Assembly: GCA_964441495.1 (NCBI GenBank)
Contig: CAYTXV010000002.1
Coordinates: 9,168-73,167 of the forward strand
Direction of reading: 5' to 3'
DNA from: an uncultured Candidatus Saccharibacteria bacterium
GTDB taxonomy: Bacteria > Patescibacteriota > Minisyncoccia > Phycocordibacterales > UBA9973
Length of the DNA stretch: 64,000 nucleotides
In this document: piece after piece, positions 35,781-43,582 of the stretch
How the letters are laid out: every line of letters starts with the position of its first letter
Numbering within the stretch: position 1 is the stretch's first letter
Program-made: the position numbers and the translations under genes
Notes under the pieces: model-generated
Database searches by the model: none
What the model was told of the DNA's origin: nothing
The model's input: only the letters and a program-made list of their open reading frames with translations

Positions 35781-35797
35781 GAAGGTTCATACTGAGT

Positions 35798-36727
35798 TTA
35801 TTTGTTTGTCTGAGCAAAGTCTGCACCAGGCATTTGCACAGTATTTTCTTTTTGCTTTTTTACTTTGACGAGGATCGCGTACTCACCATACTTGAAATCT
35901 TTACCCATCATGTTGTGTTCGTATCGGTTGATTTTCCCTGTAGGGTTAAATGTTGTGAAGTTTTCAATTGTTGCAGTGCCAATGTTGTCGTTGATGTTTG
36001 TATCTTGCGTATCGTCTGATTCGATATGCGCTGTATCGAGTGCCATACCGTACCCAATCTTTTCGGTAAGCACTTTTTGGTTTTTATTAAAAACTTCACG
36101 CAAATCATCTGAGCTTGCAAGTTCAAACCCAAGCTCTTTTGCGGCTTGTTTCATGTGTGCTGCTTTATTTTCTTCTGCATCATTTCCATCAAGTCCGATA
36201 AAGAAGTAATCATACTCTTTGTCATCTGAAGGTACACTGAGCGCTCCTTTGTACATAAGCCCGCCAACCTCTTTGTTTGCTTCGATGAATTTAAACTGTT
36301 CGGTTTTTGCTTTGGTAGAATCGCTCGGATTTGTTTCTACTGAAGCAGCCTTGCCGGTAGTAGTCGTTGCTACTGCCAATCCAAATATTGCAGCCCATTT
36401 CCTAAGCGCTTTTTTGAAGCCACTCGATCCTTTTTCGGGTGGATTAATATCTTCTGGAGGAGTTTGTTTTTCATGTGTAGCGCGGGTGTCAATATACAAT
36501 TCATCCTCCTCGATACCTTCTTGAAGCCTTTCAGATCCATCAGGCTTTTTTGCCATCGCGCGCTCAATCTCCTCGTTGATACTTGAGATTTGTTCTTCGC
36601 GAGCCTCCGGTGTTTCTATTGTTACCTCTTCTTGATTTTTGAGCGATTCTTTTATAGATTCGAGCGCTTCGTCATGTTGCTCTTTGTTTTCTACTGATGG
36701 TGTTGGGGGAAATTCTGCTTTGTTCAT
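35798..36727 (-). CDS. hypothetical protein with an acidic N-terminus and one TM helix
   Basis: 309 aa with WAAIFGLAVATTTTG as a TM or lipobox-like segment. It lies directly downstream of the VirD4-like gene. Confidence 0.5.
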   Translation of the reverse strand: MNKAEFPPTPSVENKEQHDEALESIKESLKNQEEVTIETPEAREEQISSINEEIERAMAKKPDGSERLQEGIEEDELYIDTRATHEKQTPPEDINPPEKGSSGFKKALRKWAAIFGLAVATTTTGKAASVETNPSDSTKAKTEQFKFIEANKEVGGLMYKGALSVPSDDKEYDYFFIGLDGNDAEENKAAHMKQAAKELGFELASSDDLREVFNKNQKVLTEKIGYGMALDTAHIESDDTQDTNINDNIGTATIENFTTFNPTGKINRYEHNMMGKDFKYGEYAILVKVKKQKENTVQMPGADFAQTNK

Positions 36728-36748
36728 ACCCTCACACTATAGCATGCA

Positions 36749-39463
36749 CTACTGAAATCGTGCCATGATCTCGGCTTCGACTTCCTCTTTAGGACGGCCG
36801 TACTTGAGGTATGAGAGCTCTTTGAGTTTCTCGGCAACAGTCGGGTTGCCCTGCGGAGGAAATGGGGTGACGGAGTTGAACGGCTTGGCAGGGACGCCAC
36901 CGACGAGCATTTTGATATAGCAGTTGAGGTTTTGGAGCTTGATGATGTCAGCTGGGGTAAAGACAGGTGCAAACTGCTGCTCAAACACCGCTGCATTCTC
37001 AGGTGAGACGCGGTGTACCACCATCGTGCCGACGTTTCCAAAGATTGCGTTTTTGATGTTTTCTTGGAGCTGTTCGATGTACTGATGGGCGACAGTGAGC
37101 GATAGGCGGTACTTGCGTGCTTCTGAGAGGATCGTCGAGATAGAGTCGGTGGTGACGTTCTGAAACTCATCGATGTAGAGATAGAAGTCGTTCACTGCTT
37201 GTTTGCCGACGATGTCCACACGAGAGAGTGCTGCCATCGTTATCTTGCCGACGAGGAGGAGGCCGATGAGGTTTGAGTTGATGTCACCAAGCCGACCTTT
37301 GGAGAGGTTCACAAGGAGGATTTTCTTTTCATCCATGATTTGGCGGAAGTTGAGTACGCTTTGTTGCTGCGCAACAACCGGGCGCATGATGTCGTTGGAG
37401 ATGAAGACATCAAACTTGTTGGTGATGTAGGGGACGAAGTTGGCAAGCGCACTCTCACCAGTTGTCTTTTCGGCATTTTGCCAGAACTGTTTGATGATCG
37501 GGTTTTTGCAGCGCTCAAGTTTCATATCGCGAAATGCTTTGTCAGAGAGGACGCGTCCGATCTCAAGGAGTGTCGAGCCAGATGCGGGGTCCTCCATCAC
37601 AAGTCCGCACGCATTGCGGAAGTACTGTTCAAACATCGGACCACCAGCAACCTTCATATCAAAGAGTTTGTTAAAGATCGCAAGGAGTTCGTTGATAACA
37701 AAGATCTTTTGCTCAGGGAAGCGCTCGTCGTACTCGAGCATGTTGAGCCCCATCGGACGCGCAGTATGTGCTGGATCAAAGTAGATGACGTCGTCGATGC
37801 GCTCAGGAGGGATGTTGGCAAGGATGTGATCGATATCGGTGCCGTGTGGATCGATGAAGCAGACACCATCACCGTTTTTGATGTCTTGGATAATCATGTT
37901 TTTGAGAAAGACGGTCTTACCAGTACCAGTCTGACCGATGACATAGCAGTGACGAACACGGTCTTCGCGGGCAAAGATAATCGGTGTTTGCTGTCCGCGG
38001 TATGTGTTGGTACCAAGTGTGATACCTGTCTGCGCAGGCAGGCCTGAACCTTGCGAAAAGGTGGGCGCGGGTGCACTTGCTGCAGAGGATTCTCGGAGTT
38101 CGGGTGCAGGAGTGATGCCGACGGGGAAATGAAAGAGTGTCGCGAGCTCGTCGATGTTGAGCGGAAACTGCGCATCTTGGCGAAGTGTACGAAATGTAAA
38201 GTCGCGGATTGTTTGGGGAAGCGCTTTGGCAGAGACGTCATACCAGACGAGTGAGTTGCCACCGACGAGTGCAAACTGCGCAAACGATGCCTTGATAGTC
38301 TGCAGGATGCTCGCTGCGCGAGTACTCGCTCCAGCAGTTGCGATGATGCGGATACCTGTACCGACAACCTGAGATTTGTTTTTGGTGTTCAACAGCTCAA
38401 GAGTACGCGTGTCGAGCGGCTTTGGTTCGTCGGACTTTTCTTCTTTGGGTGACTCAAAGAGTGAGAGAAATGTTTTGCCAAACTCTGCACCGATTGACGC
38501 GTTTGCTTCTTTGTAGAGCTCTTTGACGGTGGTACCAGGCGTTTGCGCACCTTCGGCGAGCTTGGTGTAGAGCGCGTTTGCACCCCACTGGTCGCGACTG
38601 ATCACAAACTGTATCGCTGCGCCTTCACCAGACTGTTCGAGTTGTGAAAGGGACGCGATGAGTGCTGCGAGTGGATCGTGTTCGAACTGTGCATCGGTGT
38701 TGAGCGGCAGGTAGTGATCTTCTTTGAGACCTGCGACACTTGCGGCGATGGCAGGACTTGCAGTGCCAAATATATTGTAGTCATCGACAACCTCATCGAT
38801 GATCGCAGTTGGGTAGTATGCGTGGACCAGCTTCTCAAATGTCGCGCCATACTCAGCTGGTACTGCTCCATAGAGCGCGATATCACGCGAACTGTTCTGT
38901 ACTGCAAGCTCAAGGACATAGTAGTCTCTATCGAGGAGTCCGATCATACCCGCATAGAACTGCTTCATCGCTTGGATGAAGCTTTTGAACGCAACATCAC
39001 CTGCTCCTGTCGGAAGTGTCACCGCAAAGAGTGAGTGACGAAGTTCACGTTCAAGCGTGCTACGGTCTTTGAGTCCCGGGATCGCGCCAACGGTGTGCAG
39101 GTACTGCACGAGGAAGCGGTGAAAGTCATCCGCAAGGTGTGGGTCGTTCATTGCTTGGACAACATCGAGCGCATTTTTTACTCCTTTGTCGAGCATGAGC
39201 GCAAAGAGTTCTTCTATCTTGTGGTCGTGTGTTTCAGGTTTGAGTCTTAGAATGATACGCTCTGTTTCATGAGGAGCGAGCTTTTGTGTTTCATGGATGA
39301 AGTTTGTTGCTTCGGCATGCGCGTACTGTTCGATCGTTGTTTTTGCAGCACTTTCGATGTTGGCATGAGGCACTGATTGCGCGATGTACTCTCGGTGTGA
39401 CTGGGCACCGAGCCACGCGATTTCTTGCTTTGGCGTTGCAAGTGTTTCTTTGGGAGCGAGCAT
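36749..39463 (-). CDS. VirD4/TraG/TraD-like coupling-protein ATPase with a large atypical N-terminal domain
   Basis: 904 aa. The C-terminal half has Walker A VIGQTGTGKT, Walker B FYLYIDEFQN and ARKYRLSLTVAHQYIEQL. The N-terminal ~470 aa have no TM helices and no family I recognise. Confidence 0.75.
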   Translation of the reverse strand: MLAPKETLATPKQEIAWLGAQSHREYIAQSVPHANIESAAKTTIEQYAHAEATNFIHETQKLAPHETERIILRLKPETHDHKIEELFALMLDKGVKNALDVVQAMNDPHLADDFHRFLVQYLHTVGAIPGLKDRSTLERELRHSLFAVTLPTGAGDVAFKSFIQAMKQFYAGMIGLLDRDYYVLELAVQNSSRDIALYGAVPAEYGATFEKLVHAYYPTAIIDEVVDDYNIFGTASPAIAASVAGLKEDHYLPLNTDAQFEHDPLAALIASLSQLEQSGEGAAIQFVISRDQWGANALYTKLAEGAQTPGTTVKELYKEANASIGAEFGKTFLSLFESPKEEKSDEPKPLDTRTLELLNTKNKSQVVGTGIRIIATAGASTRAASILQTIKASFAQFALVGGNSLVWYDVSAKALPQTIRDFTFRTLRQDAQFPLNIDELATLFHFPVGITPAPELRESSAASAPAPTFSQGSGLPAQTGITLGTNTYRGQQTPIIFAREDRVRHCYVIGQTGTGKTVFLKNMIIQDIKNGDGVCFIDPHGTDIDHILANIPPERIDDVIYFDPAHTARPMGLNMLEYDERFPEQKIFVINELLAIFNKLFDMKVAGGPMFEQYFRNACGLVMEDPASGSTLLEIGRVLSDKAFRDMKLERCKNPIIKQFWQNAEKTTGESALANFVPYITNKFDVFISNDIMRPVVAQQQSVLNFRQIMDEKKILLVNLSKGRLGDINSNLIGLLLVGKITMAALSRVDIVGKQAVNDFYLYIDEFQNVTTDSISTILSEARKYRLSLTVAHQYIEQLQENIKNAIFGNVGTMVVHRVSPENAAVFEQQFAPVFTPADIIKLQNLNCYIKMLVGGVPAKPFNSVTPFPPQGNPTVAEKLKELSYLKYGRPKEEVEAEIMARFQ
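38025..38042. repeat. 18-bp palindrome copy 3, one mismatch (CCTGTCTGCGCAGGCAGG), in frame in the VirD4-like gene, encodes LPAQTG
   Basis: Read directly from the sequence. (39463-38041) is divisible by 3. Confidence 0.95.
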
Positions 39464-39525
39464 GTATACAAGTATAGCAAAAACACTCCGAACATGTCGG
39501 AGTGTTGTTGCAAAAGAAACCAGTG

Positions 39526-39798
39526 TTACTTCACTGCATCCTTGAGTGCCTTTGCAGCGCGGAACTTTGGAACGCGAGTCGCAGCGACTTTGACTGATTC
39601 ACCAGTCTTGGGGTTGCGAGCAGTGCGTGCTGCGCGAGTCTTCACCGAAAAGATTCCGAGACCTGCGATAGAGACCTCATCACCCTTTTTGAGCGTTTTG
39701 GTGATGTTTTCGATGATGCTCTCGATTACTTCTTCGGCTTGGACCTTGGTCCCGCCGATGAGAGAGTGTACGAGCTCAACAAGTGCTTGTTTGTTCAT
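39526..39798 (-). CDS. hup: HU-family DNA-binding protein
   Basis: 90 aa with MNKQALVELV...GLGIFSVKTRAARTARNPKTGE. Confidence 0.9.
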   Translation of the reverse strand: MNKQALVELVHSLIGGTKVQAEEVIESIIENITKTLKKGDEVSIAGLGIFSVKTRAARTARNPKTGESVKVAATRVPKFRAAKALKDAVK

Positions 39799-39863
39799 AG
39801 TGTAGGGAACGTAAACTGATAATCTCGTCAGTGTGCTTTTGCTTGGTGCATAAAGCTTTGAGC

Positions 39864-39892
39864 ATTATATAGCAAGGAATTTTAATACCCAA
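39864..39892 (-). promoter_or_regulatory. candidate hup promoter TTGGGT-N17-TATAAT
   Basis: On the minus strand, -35 is at 39892..39887 and -10 at 39869..39864. Confidence 0.4.
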
Positions 39893-39895
39893 ATA

Positions 39896-39923
39896 TTGAC
39901 AATATACAAAAAATGATTATAAT
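39896..39923 (+). promoter_or_regulatory. near-consensus promoter TTGACA-N16-TATAAT, divergent from hup
   Basis: TTGACA at 39896..39901 and TATAAT at 39918..39923. Confidence 0.5.
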
Positions 39924-39955
39924 ATAACTAAGTTTTTATTTAAATCCAATTCAAT

Positions 39956-40084
39956 ATGAATCAAGTACTTCTGAAATTTGGTATTTTTGCAGGATGTTTC
40001 ATTGTCCTCTGTGCAGTTGCAGGCCACGTTACTGCATGTATACAAATACGAAAATCAAAAAGAACTAAAAACCCCTTCAGCTGA
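39956..40084 (+). CDS. 42-aa hydrophobic peptide with a basic tail (candidate small membrane protein or type I toxin-like)
   Basis: MNQVLLKFGIFAGCFIVLCAVAGHVTACIQIRKSKRTKNPFS lies between the consensus promoter and the 26-nt terminator palindrome. It is below the track's size cutoff. Confidence 0.35.
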   Translation: MNQVLLKFGIFAGCFIVLCAVAGHVTACIQIRKSKRTKNPFS

Positions 40085-40093
40085 AGGGGTTTT
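40068..40093. terminator. bidirectional intrinsic terminator
   Basis: 26-nt perfect palindrome aaaaccccttcagctgaaggggtttt, shared by the small ORF (+) and rny (-). Confidence 0.8.
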
Positions 40094-40094
40094 C

Positions 40095-41528
40095 TTATCG
40101 TGCGTAGTCGATGATACGCGTTTCTCGGATGATGGTGACCTTGATCTCACCAGGGTAGCGGAGCTCTCCTTCGATAGAGAGCGCGATATCGCGGGCGAGG
40201 CGTTTGGCTTGTATATCAGAGACATCGCTCGGGTGCACAAAGATGCGCACTTCACGTCCTGCTTGGAGGGCGTACGCCTTTTGGACGCCACCAAATCTTG
40301 TGGCAATTTGTTCAAGCTCAGCGAGGCGTTTGATATATGCTTCTGCCGAATCACGACGTGCACCAGGACGAGCCCCCGAGATCATGTCGGCGGTTTGGAC
40401 GATCACCGCTTCGATACTCTGGTGCGGACAATCATCATGGTGACTTTTCATCGCGGTGATGATGCGCTCATCTGTCCCAAATCGCTCCATCACTTTGATA
40501 CCGATATCGATATGCGTACCCTCAAACTCGTGATCGAGTGCTTTGCCGATGTCGTGCACGAGTGCGCCTGCTTTGGCGATGTAGGGATCTGCACCGACTT
40601 CACTTGCGATCATCTCGGCCAGATGCGCCATCTCTATCGAGTGCGCAAGCACGTTTTGTCCATAACTTGTCCGGAAGTGAAGTCGCCCGAGGATCGCAAC
40701 GAGGCGTGGATCGAGGTTGTAGATACCACACTGATACACTGCATCAGCACCCTTTTGTTTGATGATCTCGTGGATGTGCGCACGTGCCTTTTCTACTTCT
40801 TCTTCGATGCGAGCAGGTTGGATGCGGCCGTCTGTAACGAGCGCTTCGAGTGCGTGTACTGCGATCGCGCGGCGTACTGGATCAAAGCACGATACGACGA
40901 TCGCCCCAGGTGTCTCGTCTACAAGGAGCTCGACTCCTGCGAGTCGTTCAAAGGTACGAATGTTGCGACCTTCTTTGCCGACGATCTTGCCTTTGAGTTC
41001 ATCTGACTCGAGCGGGACGCTGCTTGTGGTGAGTTCGTTTGCCGTAGGGACGGCGAGGCGCTGGATACTGCTCATGAGGATGTCGCGCGCACGCGCGTCG
41101 AGCGTCTCACGGACCTCTCGTTCGAGTTTCTGGCTGCGTACGAGGAGGTCTTCGCTATAGCGGGCCTCTGCATCACGGATGAGTGCTTCGCGTGCGTCAA
41201 GTACGCTCATCCCAGCGATACTCTCGAGTACTTCGCGTTCACGCTCTGCGATTGCATCGAGCTCTTTTTGCCTTATAAAGAGGTCTTCAGCCTTTTGCTC
41301 AAGTGCTGCAGCGCGCACATCGAGCTCTATCCCACGAGCCTCAATGAGAGATGCGCGATCGTTTGCGTCATCGATGATCTTTTGCGCTGCAGTGCGCGCG
41401 TCCATGATGCGCTTGTTGATCGCAAATTCGATCCCGTTTTTGCGAACGATAAATATCACTGCGCGGATGCTGTACCCGAGGAGTGCCCCACCGAGAAACA
41501 TCGCAAGTGCGAGTACATAATCGTCCAT
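40095..41528 (-). CDS. rny: ribonuclease Y
   Basis: 477 aa with an N-terminal TM, a coiled coil, a KH domain (GKIVGKEGRNIRTFE) and an HD domain (LVHDIGKA). Confidence 0.9.
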   Translation of the reverse strand: MDDYVLALAMFLGGALLGYSIRAVIFIVRKNGIEFAINKRIMDARTAAQKIIDDANDRASLIEARGIELDVRAAALEQKAEDLFIRQKELDAIAEREREVLESIAGMSVLDAREALIRDAEARYSEDLLVRSQKLEREVRETLDARARDILMSSIQRLAVPTANELTTSSVPLESDELKGKIVGKEGRNIRTFERLAGVELLVDETPGAIVVSCFDPVRRAIAVHALEALVTDGRIQPARIEEEVEKARAHIHEIIKQKGADAVYQCGIYNLDPRLVAILGRLHFRTSYGQNVLAHSIEMAHLAEMIASEVGADPYIAKAGALVHDIGKALDHEFEGTHIDIGIKVMERFGTDERIITAMKSHHDDCPHQSIEAVIVQTADMISGARPGARRDSAEAYIKRLAELEQIATRFGGVQKAYALQAGREVRIFVHPSDVSDIQAKRLARDIALSIEGELRYPGEIKVTIIRETRIIDYAR

Positions 41529-41529
41529 G

Positions 41530-42117
41530 TTACTTACTACTTGGTTTGGTAATGACTCCGTCGATGATGCCGTACTTTACACCTTCTTCTGCACTCAAGA
41601 AGAAATCACGCTCAATGTCTTTATCTATCTTTGCGGTAGTTTGGCCAGTATTTTTCGCCATTATTTTTACGAGGTTCTCTCGAAGTTTTAAAATTTGACG
41701 AGCTTGGATATTGATATCGGTTGCTTGACCTTCAGCACCGCCGAGCGGTTGGTGAATCATGATTTCAGCATTTGGTAGCGCATAACGCTTTCCTTTTTTG
41801 CCAGCAGAAAGAAGCCATGCTCCACCTGACGCAGCCATACCAACACAGATAGTAGATACATCTGGTTTGATGAAGTTGATCGTATCAATCATTGCAAGTG
41901 TTGCTGAAGCTGATCCTCCCGGAGAATTGATGTAAAGCTGAATATCCTTTTTAGGATCTTCATTAGCAAGGAACAAGAGCTGAGCAATGATAAGATTTGC
42001 GGCTTGATCATTGATCGGTCCACCGAGGAAGATGATGCGTTCTTTGAGGAGGCGAGAGTAGATGTCATATGCTCGATCGCCCATTGGGTTCTTTTCGATA
42101 ACAGTTGGGATAATCAT
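41530..42117 (-). CDS. clpP: ATP-dependent Clp protease proteolytic subunit
   Basis: 195 aa with [26 protein letters not shown] (catalytic Ser) and IMIHQPLGG (His). Confidence 0.95.
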   Translation of the reverse strand: MIIPTVIEKNPMGDRAYDIYSRLLKERIIFLGGPINDQAANLIIAQLLFLANEDPKKDIQLYINSPGGSASATLAMIDTINFIKPDVSTICVGMAASGGAWLLSAGKKGKRYALPNAEIMIHQPLGGAEGQATDINIQARQILKLRENLVKIMAKNTGQTTAKIDKDIERDFFLSAEEGVKYGIIDGVITKPSSK

Positions 42118-42180
42118 AGGGTCAAATATACAAAATGGATAAATGGTCGTACGGTCAAAGCAGTCATTCTGAATGCCACA

Positions 42181-42209
42181 ACTATACGCTCATTTGACTT
42201 TTTTTGCAA
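42181..42209 (-). promoter_or_regulatory. candidate clpP promoter TTGCAA-N17-TATAGT
   Basis: On the minus strand, -35 is at 42209..42204 and -10 at 42186..42181, about 65 nt upstream of the clpP ATG. Confidence 0.4.
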
Positions 42210-42421
42210 AAGTACTAGAGTTTATGAAAACAAAGCACCATGTTTGCATACGAAACACTCATAAAGCTACAGGAACCCTGCAGTCAAACTGTCTCAATTA
42301 AAAAAATAACAAAAACATTAGGTGAAAGATTTCGCATACTACGGTTTTTGGTACGATTGAGACAGTCAGATTTTCTCGGTTGTCTGACATGAACAATCCC
42401 CGCTACGGCGGGGATGTTTTA

Positions 42422-43459
42422 TTATGAGAGGGATTCGAGCATCGAGAGAACCTTTTCGTTGGTGAGCATCATGTCTGCATATGCTTTGGTGCGAGCCGGG
42501 TCTGCAGTAGGGTACATAGCGATGAGCTTTTGTGCTTCTGCTTCTACTTCTGCCTCGGTAGGGAGTGTTTGCTCAGCACGAGCGATAGCATTGAGGAGGA
42601 GCTGGAACCGTGCACGCTTCTCTGCTTCAGGAGCAAATTCCTTGAGGAGCCCTTCCTTTGTTTTGTTGATATGGGTGAGATAGTCGGCAAGCGTTGCTCC
42701 AGAGCGAGCAACTTCTGATTCTATCTGCGCGAGCATCTTGTCGGCCTCCGCATCGAGCACTATCTGTGGGACATCAAAGGTGGTTTTGCCAAGGATAGCC
42801 TCGATGATTGCAACGCGGCGCTTGTCATGGACTGCTTGTGCTGCCTCCGTGGTGAGGTTTTCGTGGATTTTGGCGCGTAGGTCTGCAACTGTAGCAAAGT
42901 CGCCAAAGCTTTTGGCAAATTCGTCATTTACCTCAGGGAGCTCCTCGGTGTGTTGGTGATCGTCGTGGTCTGCATGGATGTGTCCGTATGCACGGATCTG
43001 GCGGAGATCATGGATCACCTTGTCGACGTCTTCCTCGGTTATTTCCTTGGGCGTGTCGAGGGCGACGCCTTTGGCGATAGCTTTGTAGTCAGGGAGCGTG
43101 ATCGCAGGGACGACTGCAGTGGTGATCGTGTACTCGAGTGGGTTATCCTTGACGAGTTTGGTGATGGCGACCACCGGTTTGCCGATAGGGTCGATCCCAG
43201 CCTCAGTGATAAGGCGAGGGTAGATGTCGTTTACTGCAAGTTCTGCCGCCTCTCCGAGGACGAGCTCCTCAGGGATGTGTTTGCGTGCGATTTCAGGAGG
43301 GATTTGTCCTTTGCGGAAGCCGTCGAGGGTCAGATGCTCGGCAAGCTTCTTGAATGCGACTTCTTGGAACGGCGCGACATGGTTCCAGTCAAGGGATACC
43401 TTGATCTCGACAGTACTTCCTGGAGTGTGGGTGAGGGTATGGGTGTATGGTGTTGACAT
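42422..43459 (-). CDS. tig: trigger factor lacking the PPIase domain
   Basis: 345 aa from MSTPYTHTL (alternative start at 43468). The N-domain has the GFRKGQIP motif, and the C-domain begins LPEVNDEFAKSFG. Between them is only a short His/Asp-rich linker (YGHIHADHDDHQHTE). The track ORF start at 43651 is over-extended. Confidence 0.8.
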   Translation of the reverse strand: MSTPYTHTLTHTPGSTVEIKVSLDWNHVAPFQEVAFKKLAEHLTLDGFRKGQIPPEIARKHIPEELVLGEAAELAVNDIYPRLITEAGIDPIGKPVVAITKLVKDNPLEYTITTAVVPAITLPDYKAIAKGVALDTPKEITEEDVDKVIHDLRQIRAYGHIHADHDDHQHTEELPEVNDEFAKSFGDFATVADLRAKIHENLTTEAAQAVHDKRRVAIIEAILGKTTFDVPQIVLDAEADKMLAQIESEVARSGATLADYLTHINKTKEGLLKEFAPEAEKRARFQLLLNAIARAEQTLPTEAEVEAEAQKLIAMYPTADPARTKAYADMMLTNEKVLSMLESLS

Positions 43460-43582
43460 GGCTGGCATTCTAGCACAGCACGCTCGAGAGACAAGTTTGT
43501 GGATAATGCGCTTGTCCTTTGATAAAAATACCTGGTACACTGAAGTGTTATTAGTAAGTGAGTATGTAACACAATTATAAAT

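Noticed and set aside
39978-41006. 342-aa plus-strand ORF
   Set aside because: It lies entirely antisense to rny, which has clear TM, KH and HD motifs. The ORF has no motif of its own and is Cys/Asp/Phe-rich mirror-frame sequence, so it is a shadow ORF.
42120-42159. GGTCAAA ... GGTCGTAcGGTCAAA upstream of clpP, considered as a CtsR operator
   Set aside because: The CtsR consensus is a heptad direct repeat with a 3-nt spacer. The spacing and sequence here do not fit, and the TTGACC reverse complement is more simply a -35-like hexamer.
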